DNA of 64,000 bases from Eledone cirrhosa (GCA_964016885.1 OZ024741.1:375410001-375474000); one strand, 5' to 3'. Shown: positions 13,700-27,256, counted from the first letter of the stretch. The notes: generated by a model from the letters alone, not told the origin. Made by a program: numbers and translations.

Positions 13700-16600
13700 A
13701 TGGATGTGTTAAGAGTAGGATGTTTGAATGCAAAGCTTCTAAATGACCTCAGGTCATGTAGTATAAATGTAATGGTTATCTGTGAGACTCGAATCAGCGT
13801 CGTGCGGCAGCTGGCCCCCACCTTCGATGACTTTGAGGTGCATGCATCTCTCTGTCAACCTGGAGGTGGGGGTGGGGTTGTCGTACTGCTGCAAAAACAC
13901 CTGGGTCTTGACGTACAGGTTGTGCACTCGGACCCGGAGGGTCGTTTGTTGGTGCTAGACGTTGGCAGTAGTGAAAGTGCGGCCTTGAGACTGGTCGCCG
14001 TCTACTCCCCTTTCGGAGCTGAACGGCCCGACTTCTTCCAGCGTTTGGAGACTTTTCTGGGAACGTCGCGTTCCCTGCTTCTAGCGGGGGATTGGAATGA
14101 CATCCTGGATGCACGTTGGGACTATGCAGGAGCATGTCCTAATAGAGGGGGGTGTAACAGCCTCAAGGGGTTACTCGACCGTTTTAACTTGGTCGATAGA
14201 TATTGACTAGATTTTCCAACTGTGCCTACCTGGACTTGGAGAAACCACAGTGGTCAATCTAGATCGTACTTAGATAGATTCTTAGTTAGAAGTAAGGATA
14301 GGGACATATTAAGCTGTCCAGAAATGCGCACGGTTGGCTACACGGATCACAAATTAGTGACCTGCGTGGTCAATCTCGAGAAAACACATAGACAGGGTCC
14401 CGGTTACTGGAAACTTAATTTGTCTTTACCGGCAAAAGAGACTTACAGAAACCGGATTAACAGATTAGTTAAGGAGAGGTTGACGGGTGCAATCGTCAAC
14501 AACCGATGGTGGGCATCTCTCAAAAGAGAGATTAGAACAGAATCAATAAGTTATAGCAAGATGTTAGCTGCCGATAGGAATAGAAACGAGAAAGAATTAA
14601 CAGGTAAATTAGAAGAGGCAATCAAGAGCGAAGATGTGGCCAGAGTGCTGGCATCGAGGACGGCCTTGAACCAGTTTTTCGATGCAAAGCACGAAGGCTG
14701 CGTCATTCGAAGTAAAATACGTGCTCTAGGTAATGAGGGAGCCAAAGCCGTTGGCTGGGCCCGCGTGACAGAAGCTAAGAGTGGAAATCGATCCACCATC
14801 CGGTCGTTGCAAGACGAAGATGGACGGGTGATCCGGGAGCCTAAGCAGATGTGCGAGGCCTTTCAAAGGCACTTTGCCCGATTGTTCGGGGGAGGCGAGG
14901 GTCCGGGCGGGGGCGTGGATTTCGGTCCATACCTCGACGGCCTGCCGCATCTCTCCAGCGAAGAGGCAGAGTCCTGCGAGGGACCAATCTCGGCTGATGA
15001 GATCGGAGATGCGCTGATCCAATGCAGCAGACGCAAATCTCCAGGTCTCGATGGTATACCTTACGAACTTTATTTAGCAATGCCGGTCTTCTTCTTCGAA
15101 CTCCTCGAAGCGGTCTACTGCAATTGGCAGCAGAACGGGAGAATTCCTTGTTCTGTAGCCAAGGGCGTAGTCACGCTGGTGAGGAAGGACGAGAACAAGG
15201 GAGATAGTATAAATAATTTTCGGCCCATAACCCTGCTAAACACAGAGTTAAAGATTTTGGCCAAGGTGTTAGCAAAGAGGTTGGCGCTTGTCGTGAGTGG
15301 CCTGGTGGGAGATGCGCAGACATGTGCTATCCCATCCAGGTCCATTCACGATAACCTCCACCTCATGCGATACATCATAGAGAGGGTTGGCAACAAACCC
15401 GGCTTCGGTGGGGCCCTGATCAACTTGGATCAGTCTAAGGCCTTCGATAGGGTCGACCATGGTTACCTGGATGCGGTGCTAGCGGCGGCTGGGTTCGGTC
15501 CTGTTTTCAGAGGCCGGATCACTGCCTTACATAGCAACCACATCTGTTCTAGGATCAAGGTGAAGGGCTACCTTTCTAAGCCGTTCGAAATCACACGATC
15601 CATTCGACAGGGGTGCCCTCTCTCCTCCCTTCTGTACGTATTGACTCTCAAGCCTTTACTGAGGAAGTTGGAGTTGTTGCAGGGTATCCCCCTGGAACCA
15701 GGATTGAGCAAAGCGGTGTCGGCCTACGCCGATGACGTAACAGTAATGGTATCGACCGACTCGGAGATCGAGGCGATCGGTACCTTACTGGAGGAGTACG
15801 AAAGGTTGTCAGGAGCGAAACTGAACCGGGAAAAATCCATCGGGCTGCAACTCGGAACGTGGAGAGGCAGACCGATGCCTCCTGACGGTGTCGTCGGACA
15901 CTGGACGGAGGGCCCGGTAAAGTTGCTTGGGGTCTGGTTTGGACCGGACCTCCAGGTGGAAAAGAACTGGAACGAGGTTACGAACAAGGTGTTTGCACTA
16001 ACCCAGAAATGGGCCAAGTGTAAGCTGTCCCTAAAAGGCCGGGCGGAGGTGGCGAACATTTACATAGCGTCCGTCACTTACTACCGCCTGACTGTCGTGC
16101 CTTGCCCTAAGGAAACACTCACCACCATGGAACGCATGCTCTTCCAATTTCTTTGGAAGAAGCGCCCTCCTATGGTGAGAAGATCCATCTGCTGCCAACA
16201 ACCTTCGAAAGGAGGGCTGGGGATGCCGTGGTTGATGATGCGTAGGCACGCATTAAGGCTACGGCACCTACAGGTATTCCTCACTGGTCAACCGGTCTGG
16301 GATCCGTTCGTGAAACGAGCCTTTCCCAGACTCGTCTCGCTCACCGAGCTACAGTCCTGGGTCAAGCAAAAATCCGGAAAACTGGGAGACTGGCACACTG
16401 AGTGTGCTCAGGCGCTCAGGGCTCTCTGGCAAGCGGGCCAGGCCATCGGTGGAGAATCCACCTCATCATTCTATAGAGGGCTGGTGGCTTGCAGGGGCGA
16501 TGACACCCTTGGAGAGTCGCTGGACGTGGAAGAGGACGAACTGGCCAGCCTGTTCGGTAGGACTTTCGGCCCAGGACAACTTCCAGAAGTCACTGGCCTG

Positions 16601-17097
16601 GCAGTGCTACCGGGGGGCTCTACCCGTTCGAGAGGCTCTACAGACACGGGCGCCCGGGCAGGGATCCCTCAAAAAAGATTTGCCCTAGATGCGTGCGTTA
16701 CGAAGAAACCGTTGTGCACGCATTGGTGCAATGTCCGGGCGTGGCTGATCTGTGGGGCTACGCCGAACGACTGCTGTCGCGGGTGGCGCCGATTAAATTG
16801 ACCGCCGAGTCCGTGATGACAATCAAACCGCCTCCCCTCTTCACAAAGGAAGCAAAGGCGATTTTTCTGTGCGTAATAGCCATGTTGAAAGAGGTTGTTT
16901 GGTGGACACGATTGAAAGGTCTGAGGTCAGGCAACTTCCTCTCTGGCCATAGTCTGGTCTACTTCTTCCGATATCACTTCGGAAGAAGGATAAGAATGGA
17001 GAGAGAGGTGCTTGGCCACAGGCAGTTTTATGAAAGGTGGGTGATAGTGGCGAGAATGGCTCGTGTAAATGGGCCTTCTCTGTATACCATCCTGTAG
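13700..17097 (+). pseudogene. Tx1-like ORF2 (APE endonuclease, reverse transcriptase, CCHC finger), disrupted
   Basis: EN motifs ICETR, VYSP, GDWN, YLDRFL, TDH; RT motifs PGLDG, FRPITLLN, LDQSKAFDRV, QGCPLS, YADD; CPRC-X8-H-X4-C. Lesions relative to copy 2: 30 bp deletion after ~13732, CGA>TGA at 14204, 8 bp and 2 bp deletions near 16575 and 16630. Confidence 0.93.
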
Positions 17098-17335
17098 GTA
17101 AAGAAGTAAAGGAGAGGGGAGCACCTTCTCCATGTGCTCCCCGGGCAAAGGATTGCACACTTTTTCGGGGGTGTGTGCAACCCCCATCACGTCCCCTCCC
17201 TTTTGAGGTTATTTTCGATTATTTTCATGTTACACCCTTTTTACTCGATTATATGTAAACTCCCCCTTTGTATTTGTCCCTTCTTTTTATGCCTTTATGG
17301 TAAATAAAGAAATCTATCTATCTATATATTTTTTT

Positions 17336-17415
17336 ACACGACTGTATATAAAATCCCCGGCATGTCTTTGTATTGTCCCCTTTTCTTGTGCGCCCTTGTG
17401 GCTAATAAAGAAATA
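17336..17415 (+). mobile_element. 3' UTR remnant of a related Tx1 element
   Basis: CTTTGTATTGTCCCCTTTTCTTGTGCGCCCTTGTGGCTAATAAAGAAA resembles the copy-1 terminus and is followed by a TATC/TA tail. Confidence 0.75.
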
Positions 17416-17569
17416 TATCTATATCTATATATATATATATATATATATATAATTGTTTCTAATTTTGGCACAAGGTCAGCAATTAACAGTGTATTACTGG
17501 TACTTTATTTTATCGACCCCGTAAGGATGAAAGGCTGTACCAGCTGTGCTAGGGCGAGAAATAAAATTC

Positions 17570-17756
<187 letters not shown>

Positions 17757-18089
17757 TTTATATATATGTATATATATAATATGTGTGTGTGGTGTGTGGT
17801 GTGTGTGGTGTGTGTGTGTATTCGTTTATTCTTTTATTGGTTTCAGTCATTAGACTGCGGCCATGCTGAGCACAGCCCTGATTTAATCGTTCAAATTGAC
17901 TTTCAGTACTTATTTTTTCAAGCCGAGTACTTTTCTTTTCGATCCCTTATTTGTCAAACTGCTAAGTTGTTGGACATAAACAAACACGAACTGACACATG
18001 CGTACATACTAACATACACACATACATACTTATATACACACATACATGGTTATATACACACAAACACAGCTTGTGATCGGTGTGGAAGT

Positions 18090-18330
18090 CGGACCTTCGT
18101 AGAGACCTGAAGATCCACCTCTTCGTTGCTGCTGCACGGGTCTGAGACTTGGACACTGACCAAGAAACTCACTCAGATGGTGGATGGGTGCTACACGAGA
18201 ATGCTGAGGATGGCTCTGAACATTAATCAGTATACACTGAGGATGAAGAACTCAGGGCTGTACGGGAGCCTCCGAAAAGTCAGCTCAAAAGTGACACAGA
18301 GGAGACTGAGGTAAGCTGGACATGGCAGCG
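18090..18330 (+). mobile_element. RTE-X-like LINE fragment
   Basis: LLHGSETWTLTKKLTQMVDGCYTRMLRMALNI...LYGSL..VS.KV.QRRLR*AGH. Confidence 0.75.
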
Positions 18331-18975
18331 ATAATGAGGGACAGAGACCGCTAGAGAGAACTCGTCCATGGATCTCGGGAATTTTACCCGCCTTATATAT
18401 ATATATATATTTCGTTCTATGTATCTTTACCCTTTCTAGCAGTCTCTCTCTCTGTTAGCCTCTTCTTCACCCTTCACTCACTCATTCTCTGTCACTACCT
18501 CTCCTCCTCCTCTTTCTTCCCGTTTGACCTGTGAGTAATTCTTTTCTCTCACATTCTCGGCCAAGCTGGTCGGAATTTTTTCTCTCTCGTCTACGTTTTC
18601 ACAGAACTTATGTTTACCGAATTCGCAGACCAGACCCCTTCTTCCTCCCGTTAGACCTGTGCGAAATTCCTTCCTTGCTCACATTTCAACCAGGTTTGAT
18701 GGTCTTTATTCTCTCGTTCACGATTTCACCGAACTTAAATTCATAGAAATCTGGGACTTGTCTCCTTCTTCCTCACTTTCTGTTGCTTCACCATTTTGTT
18801 TGTTTACCCTCGCGTCCCCTTTATTTACGTGTCCCAACGACTTTTTTTAGCCGTTGCTCGCACCAACCGGAGGTATATGGTCTTTAAAGCGATGAAATGC
18901 CTATGATAGTTGGAAGATCACTGATAAAGGACTAACTTTTTTCATATGTAACCCATTTGCAACTCCGCAGCGCCC

Positions 18976-19010
<35 letters not shown>

Positions 19011-19440
19011 ACGGGCTTCTGCGGTTTTCGTGTAGCAAACTAAATTCCCCCCTCGCAAAGCATTGGTCAATCCGTAGCCATGATACAGGTATGGGCTACC
19101 TTTTTCGAGCAGTGGACCGCATAGGATGTAACTCATCATAAGGAGGGTCGCACTACTAAAAAAATTCAAGACAATTTTGAAATTAGACGTGCCATTCAGA
19201 AAAACCAAACGCGTCGCAGTTTGCCCGTGACTGCTTATAATTGAAGACATATGCCCAAGGTGCCGCGCGGCGGGATTGAACCCAAAACCTCCTTAGCCGT
19301 TCAAAGCCGCGGATACACTTCGTCTCTAATCAGAGGTTCTCGTTATATGCGATCCAGCTAGCGAGAAAATGAGATCGAATACAGCGAGAATCTCTGATTA
19401 GCGATGGAGTTAATCAACAGCTGTGATAGAATATCTAGAC

Positions 19441-19644
19441 CAGGCATGTTAAACATGCGGCCTTTTACAAGCACACCTGCGGCCCGCACAAAGGATTTTA
19501 CTACGCGAGCATGTTTTATCTTCGTAATATAACATTAAAAAAAAATGTGTTGTAATTTGCGCAATTAGTTGTCGTGTGTGGCCCCTCAGATAACACATAT
19601 GTGACCCATATAGCCCTCGAGGGACCCTCAGTTTGACACGTCTG
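19441..19644. mobile_element. hAT-Charlie-like MITE
   Basis: Perfect TSD ATCTAGAC (19433-19440 and 19645-19652) fitting the NTCTAGAN consensus; TIRs CAGGCATGTTAAAC / GTTTGACACGTCTG (11/14 match). Confidence 0.85.
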
Positions 19645-20072
19645 ATCTAGACTATATTAAATGTATACCGTACACTGTCTCTTGTTTTGGACCTATTTCT
19701 TTCATTCCCCATATGTATGTTTTCTCTTTCTCTTAATTTCGAGTATATTTTTTTGACCGGCCACCTTCCTGGTGGCAAGGTTGTAAAAGAAAAGAAATTG
19801 TCATCCCTTGAATCGCAAGAATGTTTTGCAAATTTTGAAGGTGCCAGCTATCGCAGCCATTTGTAGACTATGAATTAGGGAGCTGCGCTTTTTGTCCGCA
19901 AATCCAAGTTCAGTCATGCTTTGGTCCAAGCGGGTTGGTATATAACCCGTAGCACCAATAATGATGGGTATGAAGCTAAAGGTGTATCTTGGATACTGGA
20001 TTTGTAATGTATGTATGTATGTATGTATGTATGTATGTATGTATGTATGTATGTATGTATGTATGTATATAT

Positions 20073-20680
20073 GTCAGGTCACCAGTTGGTGCTACTGGTA
20101 ACATGTATCCCAGTACAACCTGTCTCATGGTCGGGTCGTTGGCGACTAAACTGGCAACCCCACCAAGGTTTCTTGGTGAGGAGGGTGACTTTGGACATCC
20201 TGCAGGAATAAAAACAAAACCTGTCAAAGGGCAAAGGAGCTCTTAAGAGTCAATGGCCATCCAAAATCACCGGGAGAGATGACCCCTTAGCCTTTGTCAA
20301 GGCAGAATTCTAGGAGAAGGAAAACTCTGATATAACACCTGCAACCCTGATGGTATCCAATGATGTTGACTTGTTCTTCTTTTTGGTAAATATCATCTTG
20401 GTTAAGAGAGTGGGACTGGCTTTGTGCAGTGCCTTTGCTCACTATAAAAGCTTCACAGCACAGGCATTGCTTTATATCTGGAGATCTCTCTGCACCTGTC
20501 GTCACATGGTACCATGGGCCCAGCACTATGTTTCAATAATTGTCACAAGTGTAGTGTTTGTACCAGAGTTTTCAAGTCGCTGGCTGGACTAAACAGTCAC
20601 ACTCGTTCAGCGCATCGGTAGGGGTTCTCCTACATGGATATAAAGTAGTGGCCGTACTCGAAAACGAGTTGGCAGCCACC
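20073..20680 (+). mobile_element. Non-autonomous bipartite RTE-derived element, copy 1 (~600 bp)
   Basis: RTE-5'UTR-like motif GGAGAAGGAAAACTCTGA; the 3' part encodes the C2H2 finger CSVCTRVFKSLAGLNSHTRSAH typical of RTE ORF ends; lies within (TATG)n. Confidence 0.75.
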
Positions 20681-20980
20681 ATGTATGTATGTATGTGTGT
20701 ATGTATGTATGTGTGTTCTTCTGGTTTTATAATTTTATAACTTTTTTCCAATAGAGAGAGAGTCGGTTTCTAACATAGACACAAGACTCTCTCATTGGAA
20801 TTTACACAACATCAACTAGGTAGATATGTATGTATGTCTGCATGTATGTGTGTGCAGGCATGGATGTTATTGTATGTGTGGATGTGGATGTTTTGAGTTA
20901 TATGTGTGCTTTGTATCTGTATATGTGCACATGCAGTTATTAGATGCAGAATTTTTGGAATGTATGTATGTATGTATGTA

Positions 20981-21018
<38 letters not shown>

Positions 21019-21253
21019 TAAAAAACCTCCCAGCCCCATATATATTTACCGTGTTGCCTACACGGCCACATTGCAGCGTGGACTGTGTGTTTTTTTGTCG
21101 TGACACCTACACGATCTCATTTGTTTCGGCCTGGATGTTGTGGCACCAACATAACTTTACATTGAAAGGGGCGGTGTGGATGGGTGGGGGTGGTGGGACG
21201 GGGGTGTATTTTGTTAAAGATGCCTACTGACTGTAGTAGGTTTTACTTTGTAT

Positions 21254-21685
21254 TTAGGTAAGGCGGGTCTTCTCTATTACTGAGTACCGCCAAAGGTCTC
21301 GGTCCAGTGACATTGTCTTGGAGAGGTGTAGGTGTGTGAGGTCGGAATTTATCAGCTCGTCCCAGGTTTTTCTGGGTCTGCCTACTCCGTAGCTACCGTC
21401 TATCTTTATTGACCTGCACTTTGTTATACAGCTGTCGTCTTTCATGCGCATCACGTGACCATACCAACGTAGCCTTCTCTCGAGTAAACAACATCTGATC
21501 CCTCTTATTTCTAATTTTTTCCTTAGTTCGCTTATGCTTTGTCGTTCACGTATGTTACTATTACACATCCGGCGGAGCATGCAAGCTTCGTTCCTCTCTA
21601 GTCTGCGTATGTCCTCTGCACACAATGCCCAGGTCTCACTGCCATGCAGCATTGCTGTTCGTATGCAGGCATCATACAACCTGCC
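21254..21685 (-). mobile_element. RTE-clade LINE 3' fragment
   Basis: [19 protein letters not shown]...RLRWYGHVMRM...GRPRKTW...DRDLWR. Confidence 0.85.
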
Positions 21686-22199
21686 TTATATATATATGTG
21701 TATATATGTATATATGTGAATGTATATATGTACATGTATATATATATGTATATATATGGGTACATGTGTGTATATGTATATGTATATATGTGTGTGTATA
21801 TATATATGTATATATGTATATGTTTATATATGTATATATATGTTTATATATGTATATATATATGTTTGTATGTGTATGTATATATTTATATATGTATATA
21901 TATGTTTATATATGTATATGTATGTTTATATATGTATATGTATGTTTATATATGTATGTATATGTTTATATATGTATGTATATATGTTTATGTATGTATA
22001 TATATATGTTTATATATGTATGTATATATGTGTATATATGTATATGTATATGTGTATATATGTATGTGTATATGTGTATATATGTATATGTGTGTTTGTA
22101 TGTATGTGTATATATATGTTTGTATGTATGTGTATATATATGTATATATATATATGTTTGTATGTGTGTGTGTGTATGTATGTGTATATATATGTATCA

Positions 22200-22780
22200 T
22201 GGTAACATGTATCCCTGTACAACCTGTCTCATGGTCGGGTCGCTGACGACTAAACTGGCAACCCTACCAAGGTTTCTTGGTGAGGAGGGTGACTTTGGAC
22301 ATCCTGCAGGACTAAAAACAAAACATGTCAAAGGGCAAAGGAGCTCTTAAGAGTCAATGGCCATCCAAAATCACCGGGAGAGATGACCCCTTAGCCTTTG
22401 TCAAGGCAGAATTCTAGGAGAAGGAAAACTCTGATACCTGCAACCCTGATGGTATCCAATGATGTTGACTTGTTCTTCTTTTTGGTAAATATCATCTTCT
22501 TTAAGAGAGTGGGACTGGCTTTGTGCAGTGCCTTTGCTCACTATAAAAGCTTCACGGCACAGGCATTGCTTTATATCTGGAGATCTCTCTGCACTTGTCG
22601 TCACATGGTACCATGGGCCCAGCACTGTGTGTCAATAATTATCACAGGTGTAGTGTTTGTACCAGAGTTTTCAAGTCGCTGGCTGGACTAAAAAGTCACA
22701 CTCGTTCAGCGCATCGGTGGGGGTTCTCCTACATGGATGTAAAGTAGTGGCCGTACTCTAAAACGTGTCGGCAGCCACCA
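22200..22780 (+). mobile_element. Bipartite RTE-derived element, copy 2 (slightly 5'-truncated)
   Basis: Nearly identical to 20095-20680; flanked by TA/TG microsatellite. Confidence 0.8.
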
Positions 22781-22860
22781 TATATATAATAATAATAAAT
22801 ACAAATACCAAAACCCGAAGAGCGTTCAATAAGGGTGAAAGTAGAAATTCTTTGCTTAAA

Positions 22861-22899
<39 letters not shown>

Positions 22900-22901
<2 letters not shown>

Positions 22902-25161
22902 ATATCTCCTTCTTCTGCTCCTTCCACCCCTCCCTCCACTTCACCACCTCTATCTCCACCACCCACGTCCACTTCTTAGACATCTACGTCGTCTTCGACC
23001 CCTCCCACCACTCCCTCGTCACCTCCGCCTTCTTCAAACCCACCGACTCCCACTCTTACCTCGACTTCACCTCTTCCCACCCCACACACACTAAACACTC
23101 TATTCCCTACTCCCAACTCCTCAGGATCCGCCGCCTCTGTAGCCGAGATGCCGACTTTGAGTCCCAGGCCCTTTCCCTAGTCAGCCATTTCATCCGCAGA
23201 GGTTACGCCCCCTCTCTCGTCCACACCGCTCTCACCCGCGCCCGTGCTGTCCACCGCTCCACCACCCGCACCCCACGCCACCGCACACCCACCCACCGTC
23301 TCCCCTTCCCCATCATCTACCACCCCTCCACCGTCTCCCCTTCCCCATCACCTACCACCCCTCCACCATACCCCTCCACTGCACCATCCTCCGCCTCCAG
23401 TCCGACCCCTCCACCTCCCACATCTTCCCAGCCCCACCACTCCCCTCCTTCAAACGCGCACGCAATCTCCGCACCCTCCTCGTCCACAGCTGCCTACCCC
23501 CCAACCCACGCTCTCTTCCCCCCCGTTCCTTTCCCTGTTCTAGGCCCCGCTGCAACACCTGTCCCCACATCACCAACACCACCACCTTCCAGGGTCCCAA
23601 CGGCCACTCTCTCTCTGTCCGGCTTGCCTTCCGCTGCACCTCCTCCAACCTAGTCTACGGACTTACGTCGGACAGACTGGACGTCGTCCGGCGGACAGAT
23701 TTACTGAGCACCTCCGGGATATTCGTCTCGGTGGTAGTTCCCCCATCGCCCGCCACTTTGGTGCCCCTGGACATTCCGCACACCATCTCGCAGTCTGTGG
23801 CCTACTCCAATGCCACGGAACACCCGCCAATCTCCTAAGAGTTGAACAACGAACCATCTTCATCTTACAGACCCACACTCCCCCCGGCCTGAACTCCCCA
23901 CCCTTATTCCTTTAGCCTTCGACCGTCCCCCCTCCCCCCACATATCCCCCACTAACACCACTAACACACCCCTCCTTTTCACCGCCCACCCCACAACTAA
24001 CAATACTAACACCTCCACCCCACATCCGACCACCCTTCCCCAACTAACATACTAACATCCCTCCCTTCTTCTCCTCCCCCTCCTTATCACACGCACACAC
24101 CCACCGGCACATATATACACGCGCTCACACTAAACACACACCCTACTACCACCACTAACCCTCACCCCCACACATCCAACCCACCACTCCGCAACTAACA
24201 TCACTAACACCCCCTGACCCCAAGCACACGAACACACACACCCACTTACACCACCCACCCTACACGTAACTAACATCACTAACACCCCCCAACCCTACGC
24301 ACACGTACACACACACCCTCTTACACCACCCACTCTACACACCCTACCACCACTGACTCTCACTCACACCCGCATTCAACCCTTTCTCCACCTCCTGTAT
24401 ACTAACACCCACTAACACCCCCTTCACCAAACACACACACCAGTACACTACACTCCTTCCATCGGCCCCACAACCTTCTCTCCCCGCTCCACCCACACCC
24501 TTTATCAAACACTCACTCATCCCACTAACATCTCTACTAATACACCCCCCTTCTCACTCCAACTTTCACACCTACCCATCCTCTCCCCTGCCCACCGCAC
24601 ACACTGACACACCTTCACTTACCATTCTACCCTACTGCTGCTATGCCCTCTGACCACCTCCCCGCACACACAGACACACAACACACCTTCACTTACCATT
24701 CTACCCTACTGCTGCTATGCCCTCTGACCACCTCCCCGCACACACAGACACACAACACTCCTCCTGCCTTGACCCTCTGACCACTTCCTGTTGCGCGCGC
24801 ACCCCACATCTCCCCTCTTCCGACCAATCTCTTCACGATTACACGTATGTGAACCTTGATCCCGGAATCCACCACATCCCAGGATTTACTAAGCATCCCA
24901 CCACATCTTTTTACGGAATTACCTTTAACACTCACCCCACACAAACACCCAAAACAATTTTTTTTCCCACACGCCACCTACACCCACAACACGCATAAAC
25001 ACCACGCACACACGTGCGTACCACCACATATTTACACATTCAGCCTCCGGAATCGTCTCCCCCCACCCCTCTATCCACACACGCACACACACTCCGACTT
25101 ACACCCCACCCCACACACACCTCTTCCTGAATATGCAACCCCGTTCTTCCCCCAACCCTTG

Positions 25162-25216
<55 letters not shown>

Positions 25217-25581
25217 ACACCTACACACACCACCTTCGGCCCTCCCCGCTCGGACACCCCGTCTCCCTCTCCCCACTCCACCCGCCACCACCCCTACACG
25301 CCCCACACTCTTCCACCACCTGTTTTACCCCATTTTAATTTTATTTTGATCATGCCTTTATTTTTAATTTCATTTGCACCGTTTCCTCTCACCCCCTTTT
25401 TGCTATATGTCTCTCCACCACTCTCCTACACACCCTTTGAACTCTCTTCCCACACACTTTTCACCTGAAGAAGGGCTTATGCCCGAAACGTCGTTCCCCA
25501 CCACCACCCCACTCTCAAGAGCGTGAAATTAATAAACATTTCTTTGTACTGCCTCTCTGTTTTGTTCCCGTTCAATTTTTC

Positions 25582-25582
<1 letters not shown>
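22900..25582 (+). mobile_element. Penelope-like retroelement: RT C-terminus, GIY-YIG endonuclease and C/A-rich 3' region with pseudo-LTR
   Basis: HPSLHFT...FLDI...FKPTDSHSYLDFTSSHPTHTKHSIPYSQLLRIRRLCS; then FRCTSSNLVY, YVGQTGRR..DRFTEHLRDIR, PIARHF..PGHS; frameshifted; hammerhead core near the 3' end; inserted in (TA)n. Confidence 0.85.
25465..25493 (+). ncRNA. Minimal hammerhead ribozyme core (Penelope pLTR)
   Basis: CTGAAGA-A-GGGC-TTAT-GCCC-GAAA-CGTC: conserved core boxes, 4 bp stem II and palindromic stem III; stem I is not obvious. Confidence 0.7.
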
Positions 25583-25630
<48 letters not shown>

Positions 25631-26440
25631 AAATGTGTGTAATCCTTGGTACAGTTAGGTATATTAAGACAGGGGGAAAGAAAAAATGGCTTCACTTGTG
25701 CTTTCAACAAATTTATTTTCTTCACAAAATCCAAAAAGAATTTTTCTTAAAAAAAATTATTTTATAAATTAAGTTGTTGGTTGTTGGTTAGGTCTTAGGA
25801 GTTCTTGGTTAACGTAGGAGGTATTGTTTCGTTTTTAGAAAGACCTTTCACGCTGAGGTGCGCTTGTCAAACTGATGTGTATGTGGTGTGTTGTTCTATA
25901 TATAGGGATTTAACATGTCTGTGGTGTGGTGGGGGTTTCTTTTCTCCCCCTTTAATAAGTGCATGGGTGTAGGTGTGTTGAAAAGGTGTTCATAGCAGTA
26001 ATGAGTTGAGACGGTGAGTAGGGTTGGGTGGGGAGAAATGTAGCAAGTGCGGCCTGCCCCGGTCATTCTCGAAAAATTCCTTTATTCAGGGGAAAAAGCT
26101 TTTAGTATTGCTTTTGTGTTGAGAATGGTCACAGGCAAATCGCACCTGTCAAGTTTGTGAATAATTATTTTTTTCTTTTTTTCCTGAAGAATTTTTCTAC
26201 GTCCATCCCAAAGTTAGTCCTTTGTTCAACACACACATATGTGCGCATATACGTACATACACACACGGGCATATGTAGGAATATATAGGCACACACCATC
26301 AATCACACACCCATGTACAAATACATCCACATACATACACAAAAACATATAGAGACACATATAAAAACACACATACACATAGGTACACACACGAATATGT
26401 ACTCATACCTCCACATGAGTATATATATATATATACACAT

Positions 26441-26502
<62 letters not shown>

Positions 26503-26504
<2 letters not shown>

Positions 26505-27138
26505 TGGCTGCCAACTCGTTTTCGAGTACGGCCACTACTTTACATCCATGTAGGATAACCCCTACCGAAGCGCTGAACGAGTGTGACTTTTTAGTCCAGC
26601 CAGCGACTTGAAACCTCTGGTACAAACACTACACCTGTGACAATTATTGACACAGTGCTAGGCCCATGGTAGGACAATTATTGACACATAGTGCTGGGCC
26701 CATGTGAGGACAAGTGCAGAGAGATCTCCAGATATAAAGCAATGCCTGTGCCGTGAAGCTTTTATAGTGAGCAAAGGCACTGCACAAAGCCAGTCCCACT
26801 CTCTTAACCAAGATGCTATTTACCAAAAAGAAGAACAAGTCAACATCATTGGATACCATCAGGGTTGCAGGTGTTATATCAGAGTTTTCCTTCTCCTAGA
26901 ATTCTGCCTTGACTAAGGCTAAAGGGGTCATCTCTCCCGGTGATTTTGGATGGCCATTGACTCTTAAGAGCTCCTTTGCCCTTTGACAGGTTTTGTTTTT
27001 AGTCCTGCAGGATGTCCAAAGTCACCCTCCTCACCAAGAAACCTTGGTGGGGTTGCCAGTTTAGTCGCCAACGACCCGACCATGAGACAGGTTGTACTGG
27101 GATACATGTTACCAGTAGCACCAACTGGTGACCTGACA
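26503..27138 (-). mobile_element. Bipartite RTE-derived element, copy 3
   Basis: Reverse complement of 20073-20680 with an internal ~34 bp tandem duplication near 26640-26705; in (TA)n. Confidence 0.8.
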
Positions 27139-27139
27139 T

Positions 27140-27178
<39 letters not shown>

Positions 27179-27193
27179 CACATACACACACAT

Positions 27194-27256
<63 letters not shown>

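Larger units (their letters stand above)
11277..17311 (+). mobile_element. Full-length L1/Tx1-clade non-LTR retrotransposon, copy 1
   Basis: 5' UTR, ORF1 and ORF2 (APE-RT-zinc finger), and 3' UTR ending AATAAAGAA; 24 bp TSD ATCTATCTATCTAT(T/A)TATTTTTTT at 11253-11276 and 17312-17335; near-identical to copy 2. Confidence 0.95.

Noticed and set aside
18860-18945. CTGATAAAGGAC and the related CTGATGAGGAC at ~36596 as hammerheads
   Set aside because: No properly placed stem II and GAAA box; only a shared dispersed repeat can be supported.
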